This document shows positions 47,341 to 56,787 of a stretch of DNA of 64,000 nucleotides, in pieces (position 1 is the first letter of the stretch; each line of letters opens with the position of its first letter). The stretch comes from Candidatus Sungiibacteriota bacterium. Lineage in GTDB: Bacteria; Patescibacteriota; Minisyncoccia; Sungbacterales; HO2-52-23. Position numbers and translations under genes: made by a program. A model generated the notes under the pieces. That model was not told where the DNA came from. It did not search any database and saw only the letters and a list, made by a program, of their open reading frames with translations. The stretch is from the NCBI GenBank assembly GCA_016432465.1, contig CP066690.1:590823-654822 (forward strand), read 5' to 3'.

Positions 47341-48071
47341 TGTATTTATCTTGGATCATTCCTGCTTATAACGAAGAGAAGCGGATTGAAAAAACACTGC
47401 GCGAGGTGGATTCTTATTTGCAATCTAAAGGTTTTGCTGGCGGATATGAAATAATCGTGGTTAATGCCGCTTCTCGCGACCGAACAGCTCAAATTGTAAA
47501 CGGTTTGAGGCAGACAGTTCCCAATCTCCAGCTTTTTGACGTTGATAACCGCGGTAAGGGCTGGGCCGTTAAACAGGGGATGCTCACGGCCCAAGGCGAC
47601 CTTAGACTTTTTTCGGACGCCGACAACTCTACTGCACCAAACTATTTTGACAAAATGGAGCCGTTCCTCCGTCAGGGCTATGATGTGGTGATTTCTTCCC
47701 GAAATTCCAAAGACGTTGTCGGCGCCTCGCGTGACGTTAAAGAGCCGTGGTATCGTGAGATTCTCGGCCTCCTGGGTAATTTAATGATCCAAGTATTTGG
47801 AGTGTGGGGCATTTGGGATACGCAAAATGGTTTTAAGGCTTGTAATGCTGGAGCCGCCAAGGAAATTTTTTCGCGCACGCTGATGTACGGATTTTCTTTT
47901 GATATTGAGATGCTGGCTTTAGCCAAACGTCTGAAGTATAAGATCGGCATTATCCCTGTGCGCTGGAGATTTGAGACGGAGAGTAAGGTGACGTTGGCCT
48001 CCTACTTAAAAGTATTTTTTGACGTATTTAGGATCCGTTGGAATTTAGTTATCAATAAGTATCACTTATGA
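47340..48071 (+). CDS. family 2 glycosyltransferase (polyprenyl-phosphate sugar transferase-like)
   Basis: IIPAYNEE..., DAD motif. Confidence 0.8.
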   Translation: MYLSWIIPAYNEEKRIEKTLREVDSYLQSKGFAGGYEIIVVNAASRDRTAQIVNGLRQTVPNLQLFDVDNRGKGWAVKQGMLTAQGDLRLFSDADNSTAPNYFDKMEPFLRQGYDVVISSRNSKDVVGASRDVKEPWYREILGLLGNLMIQVFGVWGIWDTQNGFKACNAGAAKEIFSRTLMYGFSFDIEMLALAKRLKYKIGIIPVRWRFETESKVTLASYLKVFFDVFRIRWNLVINKYHL

Positions 48072-49069
48072 GAAATATATCGGAACTTCGTCAGGATATT
48101 GCATCTCAAGACTGGGTAGTGATTGCTACTGGACGTGCCAAACGTCCGCATGAATTTTTGAAACAAAAACGGGCGCCTTTTGTTCAGCCGCGTAGCCTCT
48201 GTCCCTTTGAGAAGCTTCACTCCGATGCTCTGTCGGTTTATTCCAAAGATGGCGAACGGGGAAAAGAAAATTGGTGGGTGGAAGTAATCCCCAACAAATA
48301 TCCGGCTTTTGGTAAGGGTCTATGCGCTGTTTTTCGTAAAGTGGGACCCTATCAACGGACCGACGGCGTGGGGTTCCACGAGGTAGTAATTACACGGGGG
48401 CACGAACGGTCTCTTGCCCAGATGTCTGACGAAGAAGCTGAACTTATGGTGCGCGCCTATCAGGACCGCTATCTTGCCCTTAAGGATGAGGAATGTGTTG
48501 AGTACATATCTATATTTCATAATCACGGCCTTCTGGCCGGGGCTACCCTTTCTCATCCTCATTCCCAGATAATTGCTATACCGGTTATACCCGGCGACGT
48601 TGAAAGAAGTTTAAGCGGATCAACCCGATACTTTCATACGCATAAGACCTGTTTGGGTTGTGTTGTTATACGCTACGAACTCAAGGCCAGGGACAGGATT
48701 ATTTATGAAAATAACGACTACGTGGTTATCGCGCCCTACGCCTCCAAAACGGCTTTTGAAATACGAATTTCCCCCAAACGCCACAACCCCCATTTTGAAG
48801 TGATGACATCCCAAGAGCGTTTTGGTTTTGCCAACGCCCTGCGAGTGGTTTTGAAGAAGCTACATAAAGGACTGAGAAATCCTGACTATAATTTTTTTCT
48901 ACACACCGCGCCTACGGGGGATTCCAAAGAATTTCGCCACTACCACTGGCATCTTGAGATTTTGCCCAAAACCGCGATCTGGGCGGGATTTGAAATAGGA
49001 ACGGGCATTGAAATATCAACCATTACCCCTGAAACGGCGGCCCAGTTTCTCAAAAAGATAAAAGTATGA
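48068..49069 (+). CDS. galT: galactose-1-phosphate uridylyltransferase-like (HIT superfamily, GalT branch)
   Basis: SHPHSQI histidine motif, CPFE zinc region. Confidence 0.55.
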   Translation: MRNISELRQDIASQDWVVIATGRAKRPHEFLKQKRAPFVQPRSLCPFEKLHSDALSVYSKDGERGKENWWVEVIPNKYPAFGKGLCAVFRKVGPYQRTDGVGFHEVVITRGHERSLAQMSDEEAELMVRAYQDRYLALKDEECVEYISIFHNHGLLAGATLSHPHSQIIAIPVIPGDVERSLSGSTRYFHTHKTCLGCVVIRYELKARDRIIYENNDYVVIAPYASKTAFEIRISPKRHNPHFEVMTSQERFGFANALRVVLKKLHKGLRNPDYNFFLHTAPTGDSKEFRHYHWHLEILPKTAIWAGFEIGTGIEISTITPETAAQFLKKIKV

Positions 49070-49821
49070 GCAAAAAAGTTATTATTGCCAACTGGAAAGT
49101 CAACCCTCCATCCGTAAAAGAGGCGGTTTTGCTTGCGCAAAAAACTGAACGAGAAATTTCTAAATCTCGAAATGTTGAGGTAATCATAGCGCCGCCTTTC
49201 CCGTTTCTCGCCGCAGTCGGGGGGGTCCTAAAAAAGTCAAAGTTGGGCGCACAGGACGCATTTTGGACAGATGGTCCTTATACCGGAGAGGTTTCTCCGA
49301 CACAGCTTAAAAATATTGGCGCAAAGTATATCATTTTAGGCCACTCGGAACGAAAAATACATTTAGGCGAGACCGATAGCCTAATTAACAAAAAAGTTCA
49401 CGCAGTATTGGAAAGCGGCTTGGGGGCTATTCTCTGTGTGGGTGAGCGGGAAAGAGTTGGTAGTGAAATTCCCCAGATTGTCGGGGAACAGCTTAAAAAC
49501 GCCCTTAAGAACACAAAGACCGGTTTAGTAAAAAATTTGGTTGTTGTCTACGAGCCAATTTGGGCCATAAGTACTATGCCGGGCGCAAAATCCGACACCC
49601 CGGATAGTGCCTTTCGTGCCTTGCTGTATATACGCCGTGTTCTCTCTGAACTTTATGGACGCAGGACGGCGGATACGATCCGTATTCTTTATGGCGGTTC
49701 GGTTAATTCCGCTAACGCAGGAGGATTTATACACGAAGGGAAAATGCAGGGGGCGCTGGTTGGCGGAGCCAGTTTAAAGCCTAAAGAGTTTGCCTTGATA
49801 GTTCGTGAGGTTAGTCGTTAG
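49066..49821 (+). CDS. tpiA: triosephosphate isomerase
   Basis: IANWKVN, GHSERK, YEPIWAIST. Confidence 0.85.
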   Translation: MSKKVIIANWKVNPPSVKEAVLLAQKTEREISKSRNVEVIIAPPFPFLAAVGGVLKKSKLGAQDAFWTDGPYTGEVSPTQLKNIGAKYIILGHSERKIHLGETDSLINKKVHAVLESGLGAILCVGERERVGSEIPQIVGEQLKNALKNTKTGLVKNLVVVYEPIWAISTMPGAKSDTPDSAFRALLYIRRVLSELYGRRTADTIRILYGGSVNSANAGGFIHEGKMQGALVGGASLKPKEFALIVREVSR

Positions 49822-51055
49822 AGCGATACAATTTTACTGCCCGTAACCAATGGGCAATGGCCTTTTTTAATGGAAGAATCTTACGAAGATAGTTAAGCTC
49901 CACAAGAATTTTTATAATCCATCCAATAAATCCGGACAGACGGAGGATAACCAGGTCCGCCACGGCATATTTTTTTCCAACGGTCAGAACAAATGGATAT
50001 TTTCGTGAGGGCCGGAAGGCGGTTTTTTTTCGTCCGGATATTTCACGTATGATATTCCGGACGGCAACTTTCGCTTCCGCCTCGGCTACAGGCACGTTCC
50101 AGATAAGCAGTTTACCGGTAGCTGGGTTGATAAACCCGGCGTTATCTCCTATCGCAAACACACGCGGTTCTACCTCAAGGTATTGATTTACGGCAAGCGT
50201 TTCTTTGGGCGTGAGAGGAAGCCCGAGTGTTTTAAAAAGTGAGAGCCCGGTTACGCCACCGGTCCAGATAAAAATATCGTATGCTAACCGCGTATTGTCT
50301 TTGCCAGTAATCTCTTGGGAGGTAACGTTGGCAACAGTAAAGTTAGTTTTTGTTTCAATGCCAAGTTTAGCGAGCCTCTTTCTGACGAGACCAATGGACC
50401 AATTGTCAAATCCCGGCATAATTTCGGGTGAAGCCTCCACCACCAGAAGTCTTACTTGGCAGAGGGCGTGATTTTTAACCAGTTTTTTTTGCAGGCTGCA
50501 GATAAAATTTGAAAGTTCAGCTATAACCTCAATACCCGTTGAACCGGCGCCGCCAACAACGATAGTGATGGGGCGATTTTGTTCAAGCAGGGCCTCAATT
50601 TTATTGCGGATACGCAATGCGTCCCGAAAACCCTTCAGCGGATAGGAGTTTTCTTTAAGACCGGGAATGTTGAAGTAGTTGGTTTCGGACCCGAGCGCCA
50701 CGAGCAAATATTCAAAAGGCACTGCCCCCGCGTTTTTGACAACAACGGCCCGCCGTATCTTATCCAAACCGATGATTTCTCCCTGTATAAATTTTATCTC
50801 CCGGCCGTAGATTATGTCCTCTACAGGTATCACAATGGCGGATTTTAGTTTAAAGCCGTGCGCTTCCTCTTTGGGGATTGCGGAAATCTCATAAAGCGCG
50901 GGGGTGAAAAGGTGATAGTAGTTTTTGTCTACTAGAACTACTTCATATTCCTGATATTTTTTGATGAGACGGGCTAGTTTTAGCGCGGCAGTTATTCCCC
51001 CGAATCCTGCCCCCAAAATAACTATTTTTTGTTTGTTATTTACCATTAGTGACAT
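49811..51055 (-). CDS. ndh: type II NADH dehydrogenase / FAD-dependent pyridine nucleotide-disulfide oxidoreductase
   Basis: two GxGxxG dinucleotide folds. Confidence 0.7.
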   Translation of the reverse strand: MSLMVNNKQKIVILGAGFGGITAALKLARLIKKYQEYEVVLVDKNYYHLFTPALYEISAIPKEEAHGFKLKSAIVIPVEDIIYGREIKFIQGEIIGLDKIRRAVVVKNAGAVPFEYLLVALGSETNYFNIPGLKENSYPLKGFRDALRIRNKIEALLEQNRPITIVVGGAGSTGIEVIAELSNFICSLQKKLVKNHALCQVRLLVVEASPEIMPGFDNWSIGLVRKRLAKLGIETKTNFTVANVTSQEITGKDNTRLAYDIFIWTGGVTGLSLFKTLGLPLTPKETLAVNQYLEVEPRVFAIGDNAGFINPATGKLLIWNVPVAEAEAKVAVRNIIREISGRKKTAFRPSRKYPFVLTVGKKYAVADLVILRLSGFIGWIIKILVELNYLRKILPLKKAIAHWLRAVKLYRSND

Positions 51056-51083
51056 TATACCAAAGTTAGATTAGAATGAAAAA

Positions 51084-51872
51084 ATGTGGTATAGCAACGC
51101 AGAACAGTTTAAGGGTTTAAACGGATACGTAATAAACGGTGTTTGGTATCCGCGTGTAACCAAAATTTTAGACGTTAAAGCCAAACCCGCCTTGGATAAT
51201 TTCTTGCGTGAGATGGAAAACTACGCCTCCGCCGAGGATGTTAAGAACAGATCTGCTGCCGAGGGGTCGTTGGTGCATGATATCATTGAGAAACTGATGG
51301 TGGGCAGTATAGTAGAGGTGCCTCCTGAAATAAAGCCGGCTGTAGAGACATTTCAGCGCTTTAACGAAGAAAGAAAGATTGTTTTCCAACCGGATTTTGT
51401 GGAACGTCAAATTTTATCATTGCAACATCGTTATGCGGGTACGGTGGACGCCTTGGCCCTTGTTGACGGTAAGTTTGGTGTTTTGGACATAAAAACCTCC
51501 ACGGGGTTTTATCCGGAGTACAATCTTCAGACCGCCGCTTACGTCTCGGCGCTTCAAGAGTTTGAAGTAAAGCGAAATTTCATGCTGCCTCGCGATATTG
51601 AGACACGCTGGATTTTAAGAATTAACCAGCACCGTATTTGCAACAGATGCGGCGCAACACTCCGTGAAAAAGGGGGCAGGAGCAAGGTACGGAATGGCAA
51701 AAACAGAAGCGGTTCCTGTCCAGACGAAAATCACGAGTGGGGATCCATGGTGGGAGATGTGGAGCTTCGGGAATTCCCTTATTTTTATAAGGACATTAAG
51801 GCTTTTATGGCGGCCAAAATTCTCTGGGAGTGGGAAAATGATTATTGGCTTAGACAAATTAAGTATATATAA
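51084..51872 (+). CDS. PD-(D/E)xK nuclease (YqaJ/Cas4-like) with C-terminal Cys cluster
   Basis: GTVDALALVDGKFGVLDIKTS (D...D-x-K), QTAAYVSAL, CNRC...C. Confidence 0.5.
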   Translation: MWYSNAEQFKGLNGYVINGVWYPRVTKILDVKAKPALDNFLREMENYASAEDVKNRSAAEGSLVHDIIEKLMVGSIVEVPPEIKPAVETFQRFNEERKIVFQPDFVERQILSLQHRYAGTVDALALVDGKFGVLDIKTSTGFYPEYNLQTAAYVSALQEFEVKRNFMLPRDIETRWILRINQHRICNRCGATLREKGGRSKVRNGKNRSGSCPDENHEWGSMVGDVELREFPYFYKDIKAFMAAKILWEWENDYWLRQIKYI

Positions 51873-51876
51873 GTCA

Positions 51877-52311
51877 ATGGAAAAATTTATCGTTTATACT
51901 GATGGGGGAGCGAGGGGAAATCCGGGGCCAGCCGCTATTGGCGCAGTTATTAAGGATTCTTCCGGCCGGACGCTCAAGAGTTACGGCGAGGCGATTGGAA
52001 AAGCAACTAATAACGAGGCCGAGTACCGGGCGGTTATTTTTGCTCTGCAAAAAATAAAGGCCCTTATTGGTAAAGAGGGCACCAAAAAACTCACGGTTGA
52101 AGTAAATATGGATAGTGAGCTGGTGGCGCGCCAACTGGGCGGCGAATACAAGATAGAGGAGGAACGACTTTTTCCGCACTTCATCAAGGTATGGAATCTT
52201 AAAATTGATTTTGGGAAAATCATTTTTCGTCATGTTCCTCGGGAGAAAAATAAAGAAGCGGACCGATTGGTAAATGAAGCTCTAGACAGGCGACAGAGGC
52301 CACTTTTATAG
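51877..52311 (+). CDS. rnhA: ribonuclease HI
   Basis: YTDGGARGNPGPAAIG, NNEAEYRA. Confidence 0.85.
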   Translation: MEKFIVYTDGGARGNPGPAAIGAVIKDSSGRTLKSYGEAIGKATNNEAEYRAVIFALQKIKALIGKEGTKKLTVEVNMDSELVARQLGGEYKIEEERLFPHFIKVWNLKIDFGKIIFRHVPREKNKEADRLVNEALDRRQRPLL

Positions 52312-52324
52312 CAAAACCCACTCA

Positions 52325-52362
52325 TTGTTAACACATTATTCGATCAAACAGTATGTTAACAA
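52325..52362. promoter_or_regulatory. TTGTTAACA-N17-TGTTAACAA palindromic site abutting the 52363 start codon
   Basis: second, perfect copy of the same site at 52983-53017. Confidence 0.5.
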
Positions 52363-52977
52363 ATGCCCAAAACAGATATGACGTTAAAACCGAACTTTAC
52401 TGAAAAAATACTGGAATTTCTGCAAGAACGGGCGGAAATTTCTGTAGACATGCTTAAAGCGATGTTTTTATCACCGCGTGAACTCTCGCGGGATACCAGA
52501 CGGTTTTTGACTTATGGACCCCGGCCCTTTAAAACGAGCTGGGCTGAACAGTATCGTAAACACAGAGTTTATGCAGCTACTCTGAGCAGGCTTAAACGAC
52601 AAGGTTTAGTGACAAAGAAGAGGCAAAATGGCAGCAGCATGTGGCGTATCACAAAGAAAGGGAGTACTAGGCTAGAAAAGATTAAAAAGAGACACAAAAA
52701 TCCACTCTCACTTACCACGGCCCATTTTAAACCGGCCCGTGAACGTTGTTGGGTGATTATAACTTATGATATTCCCGAAAAAGAGAAGGCAAAACGAGGG
52801 TGGCTACGGGGTTGCTTAAAATCGCTTCAATTCTCTTTTCTCCAGAAAAGTGTGTGGATAGGAAACAGAATGATCCCAGAAGATTTTATCAAGGCCCTCA
52901 AAGAGCGCAACATACTTTCCGGCGTGCATATTTTTCTAATAAAGAAGGGCGGCACGATTGAACAGCTTCCTTCATAG
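52363..52977 (+). CDS. winged-helix DNA-binding protein with C-terminal Cas2/VapD-like beta-alpha-beta segment (possibly PaaX-like)
   Basis: N-terminal wHTH-like; C-terminal VIITYDIPEKEKAKRGWLRGCLKSLQFSFLQKSVWIG resembles Cas2 N-terminal YDV..KRR..L..yG.RvQ.SVF. Confidence 0.4.
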   Translation: MPKTDMTLKPNFTEKILEFLQERAEISVDMLKAMFLSPRELSRDTRRFLTYGPRPFKTSWAEQYRKHRVYAATLSRLKRQGLVTKKRQNGSSMWRITKKGSTRLEKIKKRHKNPLSLTTAHFKPARERCWVIITYDIPEKEKAKRGWLRGCLKSLQFSFLQKSVWIGNRMIPEDFIKALKERNILSGVHIFLIKKGGTIEQLPS

Positions 52978-52982
52978 ATATT

Positions 52983-53017
52983 GTTAACACTACGTTCGAT
53001 CGAACGTAGTGTTAACA
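52983..53017. repeat. 35-bp perfect palindrome TGTTAACACTACGTTCGATCGAACGTAGTGTTAACA
   Basis: read directly. Confidence 0.9.
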
Positions 53018-53059
53018 TGGGGCTGGACAAAAGATAATAGGGTTTGCTATAATACTATT

Positions 53060-53564
53060 GGTTCTTTCCACTGGGTGATCGCGCCGCTTAATATATTGAG
53101 TGGTGAGGAAAGTCCGAGCACCATCCCGCTTTCAGTGGGATAGAGATAGCGGCTAACAGCCGCCATGACCGGGAAACCAAGCACTCAACTTTCAGAGTTG
53201 AGTGCTCGGCCGAGCACTAAAATTTCATTTTAGTGCTTTGGGTGTCACAGAAACCATACCGCCGATCGTCACCATCTTTGGTCTAAAGCCAAAGGCGATG
53301 AAGGAGGCAAGGGTGAAAAGAGTGAGGTAAAAGCTCACAGCGCGCGTTGGCAACAATGCGCGGTGAAAAACTCCTATCCGGTGCAAGAGGATACCGTATT
53401 GTACGGTAACACTCGCTTGACCCCAAGAGTAATCAAGGGGCTAGATAGATGATCACCGCTTGCGCAATCCCCGACGACTAATTACTAATTTCCAATTTTG
53501 GGAGTTCTAAGTTAGAAATTGGCAGTTGCGTTAGCAACAGAACTCGGCTTATAGGTGGAAGGAA
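53060..53564 (+). ncRNA. rnpB: RNase P RNA (bacterial type A) with expansion segments
   Basis: GAGGAAAGTCCGAGCACC, AAGGGTGAAAAGAGTGAGGTAAAAGCTCACAG, CACAGAAACCA, AACAGAACTCGGCTTATAGG; P1 GGTTCTTTCCAC/GTGGAAGGAAC. Confidence 0.8.
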
Positions 53565-53607
53565 CAAAACAAAATAACTCGCACTGCGAGTTATTTTGTT
53601 TTGTTCC
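53559..53607 (+). terminator. perfect 20-bp-arm hairpin terminator after rnpB
   Basis: GGAACAAAACAAAATAACTCGCActgCGAGTTATTTTGTTTTGTTCC. Confidence 0.7.
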
Positions 53608-53622
53608 TTAGTAGACTAATTA

Positions 53623-53844
53623 TTATAGTAGTGAAATATCAATTTTTTTCCCGCCCCTTTTATTTTTTGAATTTTCAATCCTCCGCAAAAAAAGTTCTAT
53701 CTGATCAAGCCGATAGACGCGGTAGTTATTTATCGGATGACGGTATGCGCTAAGATTACCTTTTTTGTCCCAGTTGCGAAGTGTCAAGGGGGTAACCCCT
53801 AAAATTTGGGCTGCTTCTTGTATTGTAAGGTATTTTCGCTCCAT
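53623..53844 (-). CDS. excisionase/MerR-type HTH (HTH_17-like) small DNA-binding protein
   Basis: LTIQEAAQILGVTPLTLRNWDKKGNL. Confidence 0.6.
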   Translation of the reverse strand: MERKYLTIQEAAQILGVTPLTLRNWDKKGNLSAYRHPINNYRVYRLDQIELFLRRIENSKNKRGGKKIDISLL

Positions 53845-53852
53845 TTAATACT

Positions 53853-53900
53853 TTACTAAACCTTAATAACTTAGGCGCCTAAGTTATTAAGGTTTAGTAG
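53853..53900. promoter_or_regulatory. 48-bp perfect palindrome (centre GGCGCC) in divergent promoter region
   Basis: TACTAAACCTTAATAACTTAGGCGCCTAAGTTATTAAGGTTTAGTA. Confidence 0.7.
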
Positions 53901-54060
53901 CTAAGAGTAATCTTTTTTCTGTGCTTTTTTCTCTCTTTCATTTTCGTTCCCAACGAGGTTGGGGTCAATGTGGGTTATCCACAGCATGTTTAAGTAAATA
54001 CTCACAAGTACTGAACCGTAATGGTTTGCCCTTGATGGCAAAACGCGCTATCATACGAGA

Positions 54061-54309
54061 ATGAATACCATTACTATTCCCACAAAGAAAATTAAAAAAG
54101 AAGGGGGGATTGTGGTCCTTTCCTTGGAGGAGTATAGAAAGCTGTCCGAACGAGCAGTGCCGACCTATTATTTAAAAGGGAAAGCAGCTAAGAAGTTTGA
54201 CAGGATGGTGGAGGCGGGACTTAAGGAGTATAGGGAAGGCAAGACAATTAGCGCCCGATCTCTTGGTGAGGCCATGAAAATCTATGCCAAGAAAAATAAG
54301 AGGAGTTAA
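54061..54309 (+). CDS. Phd/YefM-like antitoxin-type small protein (orphan)
   Basis: ITIPTKKIKKEGGIVVLSLEEYRKL. Confidence 0.45.
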   Translation: MNTITIPTKKIKKEGGIVVLSLEEYRKLSERAVPTYYLKGKAAKKFDRMVEAGLKEYREGKTISARSLGEAMKIYAKKNKRS

Positions 54310-54373
54310 ATACTCTTTGAAAAGATGATTCCCCTGCACACCAAGGTTAAACCTTATTGTTACTATTAAATTC

Positions 54374-56764
54374 ATGGACCAACCTATAAACCGTTTTGAG
54401 TACGCGGCTAAAATAGTACTGTATGTTGTGGCGGTGTTACTGCCGCTTTGGGTTTTTCCTATACAAATTTCGGCCGATTTTGGACGGGAGGTTGTTTTGG
54501 GAGCACTGGTTGTAGTTTCCGCAGTTCTGGGGCTAATCTCTATCCTTACTAAGGGAGAGATTTATTACCGACGCTCGCCGATTCTCTGGGCGGCAGCAGC
54601 GCTTCTTTTGGTATTTGGTATAAGCACTATTCTTTCCAGGTCCCCCATGATTTCTCTGCTTTTGGCGGACGCTTCCACCGAAAAGCTTTCCACCCTGATT
54701 TTGGGTGTCCTACTCATGATTCTTTTGGGATCGCTTTTTAGATCACGTTCCGAAGCCGGAGCATTTATACTGCTTCTTGTGTTTTCCTCCGCACTTTTGG
54801 GTGTGCTTACAGTCATTCAATTTTTGTTTGACTTTTCTCTTTACCGCTTAATGTTGCCTGCTGTAGCCAACGGTATTGGTTTTAGTCCCATAGGACCAAC
54901 TAATAGTCTTGCGCTTTACTACGCCGCCTTATTTATTCTTACCGTTGTATTTTTGCTGGCCCCACCCGAAGGTTGGAAGTCATGGGTTCGTTATGTTCTT
55001 ATGCTGGCTGCGGCAGTTTTTCTGTTTAATCTGTTCCTCATACACTATCGTATTGCCTGGATAGTGCTTTTGGGTTCGGGAATTTTTCTGTTTGGACTGC
55101 TGTCAAAAACTCTGGGCATGAAAGACGGGAGAGGGGAGGTTTCGTGGCGCTACTGGTTCGCTTTGGCGCTTTTGGTGCTTTCCATTGTTATGGTTATGAT
55201 ACGCGGTCCAGTTTTTGTTAAAGTGGGATTTCCGGCAGAAGTTGCACCTTCGCTTTCTGGAACTTGGCGCGTGGTTAGTAACGTCTTCAAAGAAGGAGTA
55301 AGGCCGCTACTGCTGGGATCAGGTCCCGGCACTTTTGCCGTAGACTGGCAATTATATAAAGACCCCGCCGTCAACCAGACTATTTTCTGGAACGTACGAT
55401 TTAATCAAGGAAATTCGTTGGTTGCCACGCTTCCCGCAACTGTGGGGATTTTGGGATTGCTGGCCTTTCTCGGGTTTACGGGTGTCTCTATTTTTCTCTT
55501 TTTGCGGTACCTCCTGCTTTCCAAAACAGAAGAGGGCGCTTTACCCCGAAGCACCTTTTTAGCTTTTGTGGCCGCGGTTCTGGCTATATTTCTTTATCCC
55601 GCGAATCTAACCATTATTATTTTACTATTTGTGGCCTTGGGCCTTCTTCACGTTTTAATGAGCGGGGGCGGCAGCGGATTTTGGAGCATTCGTGAAAAAA
55701 CAATTTCTTTTAAAACGCCCGGGTCTCTTTTTAGCTCTTCGCTGATTATTATCTTTTTTCTGGCCCTCGGCATTGCCGTGCTTTACATGCAGGTGGGACG
55801 CATAAGAGCGGCCGTGGCCACCCGGCAGGGCTTTGTGGAACTTAATCGTGGGTCGGTTGAGGAAGCTATTTCTAAGCTGGAGAGCGCCGTATCTTTTGAC
55901 GAACGACACTACGCTTATCATCAAAATTTGGTTATTGCCCGTATGGAAAAAATACGCAGTATCATACAGCGTGCCTCTAAAGGAGAGGATGTTCAGCAGG
56001 AATTTCAAAACACGGTTTCCTCGGCAGTACAAAGTTTGCAGCGGGCCACTGACCTTAATCCGTCAGAAGCATCTCTGTGGAGACAGCAGGGTGCATTTTA
56101 CGAGCTGATCATTCCTTTTATTCAAGGCGCAGAACGGTTTTCTTTTGAGGGGTATAGAAAAGCCGCAGAACTTGACCCCCTGGATCCCTCAATTTGGACC
56201 GAATGGGGACGATCCGGCATTGTTTTTGCCGATCGGATACAGATAGCTATGGATCAAGCCAAGAAAGCAGAACGGGAATCCTTGGGTCAGGCCCGCGTTT
56301 CCGTGCTTCGCGAATCGGAGCAGCTCCTTAAAAAGGCAGTCGGGGTAAAACCAGATTTTGCGCAGGCGCATTTTCTTCTGGCGCAGATCGCTTTGAGGCT
56401 CGGAGACGCCGGCTCTGCCGTAAAAAGCGTTGAAGCGGCAAAGTTAACTGCACCGTTTGATATAGGTATTGCGTTTCAGCTGGGGCTTCTTTACTATCAG
56501 AACAATGACTTTGATCGGGCCGAGGCGGAATTTAAAAGGGCTCTCTCGTTAAATCAGGATTATTCCAATGCCCGTTATTTCCTGGGCCTTATTTATGCTC
56601 GTCGCGGCAACAAAGAGGCGGCCATAAAAGAATTTGAAAGAGTGTTGACGTTTAATCCTAATAATCAGGAGGTACGCAAAATTTTGTCTAACCTGCGAGG
56701 TGGAAAGCGGGCGCTAGAGGGTATTGTGCCGCTTGAAAGTAGAAAAGAGGCGCCCGTGCGCTAG
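54374..56764 (+). CDS. O-antigen ligase-like polytopic membrane protein with C-terminal TPR repeats
   Basis: >10 TM helices then TPR-like AxxYxxLG repeats. Confidence 0.6.
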   Translation: MDQPINRFEYAAKIVLYVVAVLLPLWVFPIQISADFGREVVLGALVVVSAVLGLISILTKGEIYYRRSPILWAAAALLLVFGISTILSRSPMISLLLADASTEKLSTLILGVLLMILLGSLFRSRSEAGAFILLLVFSSALLGVLTVIQFLFDFSLYRLMLPAVANGIGFSPIGPTNSLALYYAALFILTVVFLLAPPEGWKSWVRYVLMLAAAVFLFNLFLIHYRIAWIVLLGSGIFLFGLLSKTLGMKDGRGEVSWRYWFALALLVLSIVMVMIRGPVFVKVGFPAEVAPSLSGTWRVVSNVFKEGVRPLLLGSGPGTFAVDWQLYKDPAVNQTIFWNVRFNQGNSLVATLPATVGILGLLAFLGFTGVSIFLFLRYLLLSKTEEGALPRSTFLAFVAAVLAIFLYPANLTIIILLFVALGLLHVLMSGGGSGFWSIREKTISFKTPGSLFSSSLIIIFFLALGIAVLYMQVGRIRAAVATRQGFVELNRGSVEEAISKLESAVSFDERHYAYHQNLVIARMEKIRSIIQRASKGEDVQQEFQNTVSSAVQSLQRATDLNPSEASLWRQQGAFYELIIPFIQGAERFSFEGYRKAAELDPLDPSIWTEWGRSGIVFADRIQIAMDQAKKAERESLGQARVSVLRESEQLLKKAVGVKPDFAQAHFLLAQIALRLGDAGSAVKSVEAAKLTAPFDIGIAFQLGLLYYQNNDFDRAEAEFKRALSLNQDYSNARYFLGLIYARRGNKEAAIKEFERVLTFNPNNQEVRKILSNLRGGKRALEGIVPLESRKEAPVR

Positions 56765-56787
56765 GTCTTAAGTATTTTGGAATTTTA

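Noticed and set aside
51084-53030. Minimal CRISPR-Cas adaptation module (Cas4-like nuclease + Cas2-like protein)
   Set aside because: No repeat-spacer array anywhere in the window and no Cas1. The nuclease Cys pattern does not match Cas4's 1+3 arrangement. The Cas2-like motif is a short segment fused to a wHTH.
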